32,000 bases of DNA, taken from Methanothermus fervidus DSM 2088. Its GTDB lineage: Archaea; Methanobacteriota; Methanobacteria; DSM-2088; Methanothermaceae. The notes beneath the pieces are model-generated. The model was not told the DNA's origin. It ran no database searches and saw only the letters and a program-made list of their open reading frames with translations. Below are positions 30,406 through 32,000 of the stretch, in pieces. Location of the stretch: NCBI GenBank assembly GCA_000166095.1, contig CP002278.1, positions 1,200,001 through 1,232,000 on the forward strand, written 5' to 3'. How positions within the stretch are numbered: the first letter of the stretch is position 1; every line of letters begins with the position of its first letter. The position numbers and the translations under genes are program-made.

Positions 30406-31572
30406 TCACTCTAAATTGAAATAATCGTTTAATTCAAATTTTTTAAATTTACTAAGCTCTTCCTTAGGAACATATAAACATATTTCTGCATGATCAAATT
30501 TGGCGTTTTCTAATGCTTTCACTAATGTAGAAACATCTGATAAATATGCTATGTTATTATACTCATCTACAACTTGTATTTTTGTTTCATCAAGACGTGG
30601 ATATTCTGGCATGCTTACTATCACATAATCTCTATTTTCAACCTTCATATCCTCTGCAATCTCTTCTTCAATTTTTCTAATCTTTCTATCATCTATTTCA
30701 AAAACCTTCTCTGGTTTTGATAAATTTGCTAATTTTATAGAAGATGCAATTTTTAAAAGATTTCTACGATCTAATCTATCTATAATATCTTTTGCTATTC
30801 CATTCTTTTGTTTTCTGCAAATTGCAACAATATCAATATCATCATACCTGTATATTTTCTTAGGATCAATAATACCATCAGATACTAACTTTTTTAAAGC
30901 TTTACCAAACATCGCATTTGCAATTCTTGTTGTATGATGTTGGTAAACAGTAGGATACATGAAATATCGTGCTAACAATGTTGATTCTGCAGCCTGAACT
31001 CCTTTTTTATCAAGAACTATATTTTTTTCAATCCTCATACTTGAAATAAGTCTTTCAATGTCAATTATTCCATATGCAACGCCCGTGTAATAGGAATCTC
31101 TAAGAAGATAATCCATTTTATCAACATCTAATTCACTGGATAGCATCTGCCCAAGAATGCCCTTACCTTTAATTACATCGGTTATTTCTTTTACTTGGAA
31201 TTTTTCACGTAAAATGTCTGCTATAACTGATTTTTTAATTACTTTCACTGTTAAATCCTCATGAGAATATCCTAATATATTTTCTGAAACATGAGAAAAT
31301 GGACCATGACCTATATCATGAAGTAAGGCAGCTATACGAACAATTTCTTTTTCTTCTTTACTTAAATTAAGACTTTCAGCTAATGAAGATGCAAGATACA
31401 AAGTTCCTATTGAATGTTCAAAACGGGAATGATTTGCTCCAGGATATACTAAGTAAGAAAAACCAAGTTGTTTCACTCTTCTAAGTCTTTGAACAGGGTA
31501 TGTATCAATTATCTTAATTTCAAAATCATCTAATTTTAAATTTCCATGGATAGAATCTCTAATAAATTTCAT
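30406..31572 (-). CDS. HD-superfamily phosphohydrolase (dNTPase-like, COG1078 type)
   Basis: DSIHGNLKLDDFEIKIIDTYPVQRLRRVKQLGFSYLVYPGANHSRFEHSIGT; LLHDIGHGPFSHVSE; LDVDKMDYLLRDSYYTGVAYG. Confidence 0.9.
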   Translation of the reverse strand: MKFIRDSIHGNLKLDDFEIKIIDTYPVQRLRRVKQLGFSYLVYPGANHSRFEHSIGTLYLASSLAESLNLSKEEKEIVRIAALLHDIGHGPFSHVSENILGYSHEDLTVKVIKKSVIADILREKFQVKEITDVIKGKGILGQMLSSELDVDKMDYLLRDSYYTGVAYGIIDIERLISSMRIEKNIVLDKKGVQAAESTLLARYFMYPTVYQHHTTRIANAMFGKALKKLVSDGIIDPKKIYRYDDIDIVAICRKQKNGIAKDIIDRLDRRNLLKIASSIKLANLSKPEKVFEIDDRKIRKIEEEIAEDMKVENRDYVIVSMPEYPRLDETKIQVVDEYNNIAYLSDVSTLVKALENAKFDHAEICLYVPKEELSKFKKFELNDYFNLE

Positions 31573-31573
31573 T

Positions 31574-31960
31574 TTATTTATATATCTCTTTTTTTGTAAG
31601 GCCTATTTTATTTTTAACGACGTCAATAAGTTCTTTGATCGCATCAAATGCTTCATACCTATGTTTGCTTGCTACAGTAGCCATAAATATACTGTCACTA
31701 ACTCTTAGTTTGCCAACATGTAATATTGCATTTATCTCTACATTATATTTTTCTTCGATTTCTTCAATGGCTTTAATCAATAATTCTTCACTTTTTTCAT
31801 TAGTTTCCACAATAAGCTCCTTAACACCATTTCCTCTAACTATTCCATCATAATAGATAAGACAGCCATATTTTTCTATATTAGGACTATTCTTAGCAAT
31901 TTTTATTAAATCATTTATAGAATAAGTATTTTTTTCAGCTTCAGAAATCTTTACAAACAT
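31574..31960 (-). CDS. moaE: Molybdopterin synthase catalytic subunit MoaE
   Basis: YGCLIYYDGIVRG, LHVGKLRVSDSIFMATVASKHRYEAFDAIKELIDVVKNKIGLTKKE. Confidence 0.85.
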   Translation of the reverse strand: MFVKISEAEKNTYSINDLIKIAKNSPNIEKYGCLIYYDGIVRGNGVKELIVETNEKSEELLIKAIEEIEEKYNVEINAILHVGKLRVSDSIFMATVASKHRYEAFDAIKELIDVVKNKIGLTKKEIYK

Positions 31961-32000
31961 CGCATTTAGCCCCCTCTTTCTTTGATAGGTGTTTTAACCT

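Noticed and set aside
1-32000. CRISPR array, Cas genes, transposons, integrase or prophage
   Set aside because: No regularly spaced direct repeats, terminal inverted repeats, transposase or integrase motifs were seen; the GGDD motif at 19846-19857 is not part of a Cas locus.

Overview
AT-rich archaeal chromosomal window, most likely from a methanogen (archaeosine TGT with PUA domain, archaeal NAC, DUF39 plus NIL/ferredoxin homocysteine pair, DUF447, DUF2124, DUF211, C1-G72 tRNA-Tyr). It is densely packed with short operons. The left end has a divergent pair: a secreted NosD-like beta-helix protein, cut by the window edge and missing from the ORF track, and a very large secreted, C-terminally anchored CobN/Mg-chelatase-H-like protein. 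Housekeeping genes follow: TldD, AMMECR1, NOG1-like GTPase, Hsp20, ThiN, a SIS isomerase, argJ, argB, leuB, galU, tRNA-Tyr, nac, tgtA, an MnmC-like methyltransferase, a radical SAM protein, hypE, cbiT, ubiX, an HD phosphohydrolase and MoaE. The best candidate for an undescribed system is the tightly coupled minus-strand operon at 19459-24708. Its distal part encodes a CpdA-like metallophosphoesterase, a Regnase-like NYN ribonuclease fused to an unknown domain, and a membrane-anchored protein with two tandem palm-like (nucleotide-cyclase/Cas10-like) domains, one degenerate and one carrying an intact FLDV...GGDD motif. This looks like a possible non-CRISPR nucleotide-signalling and RNA-processing module. 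All assignments come from reading the sequence; no searches were run.
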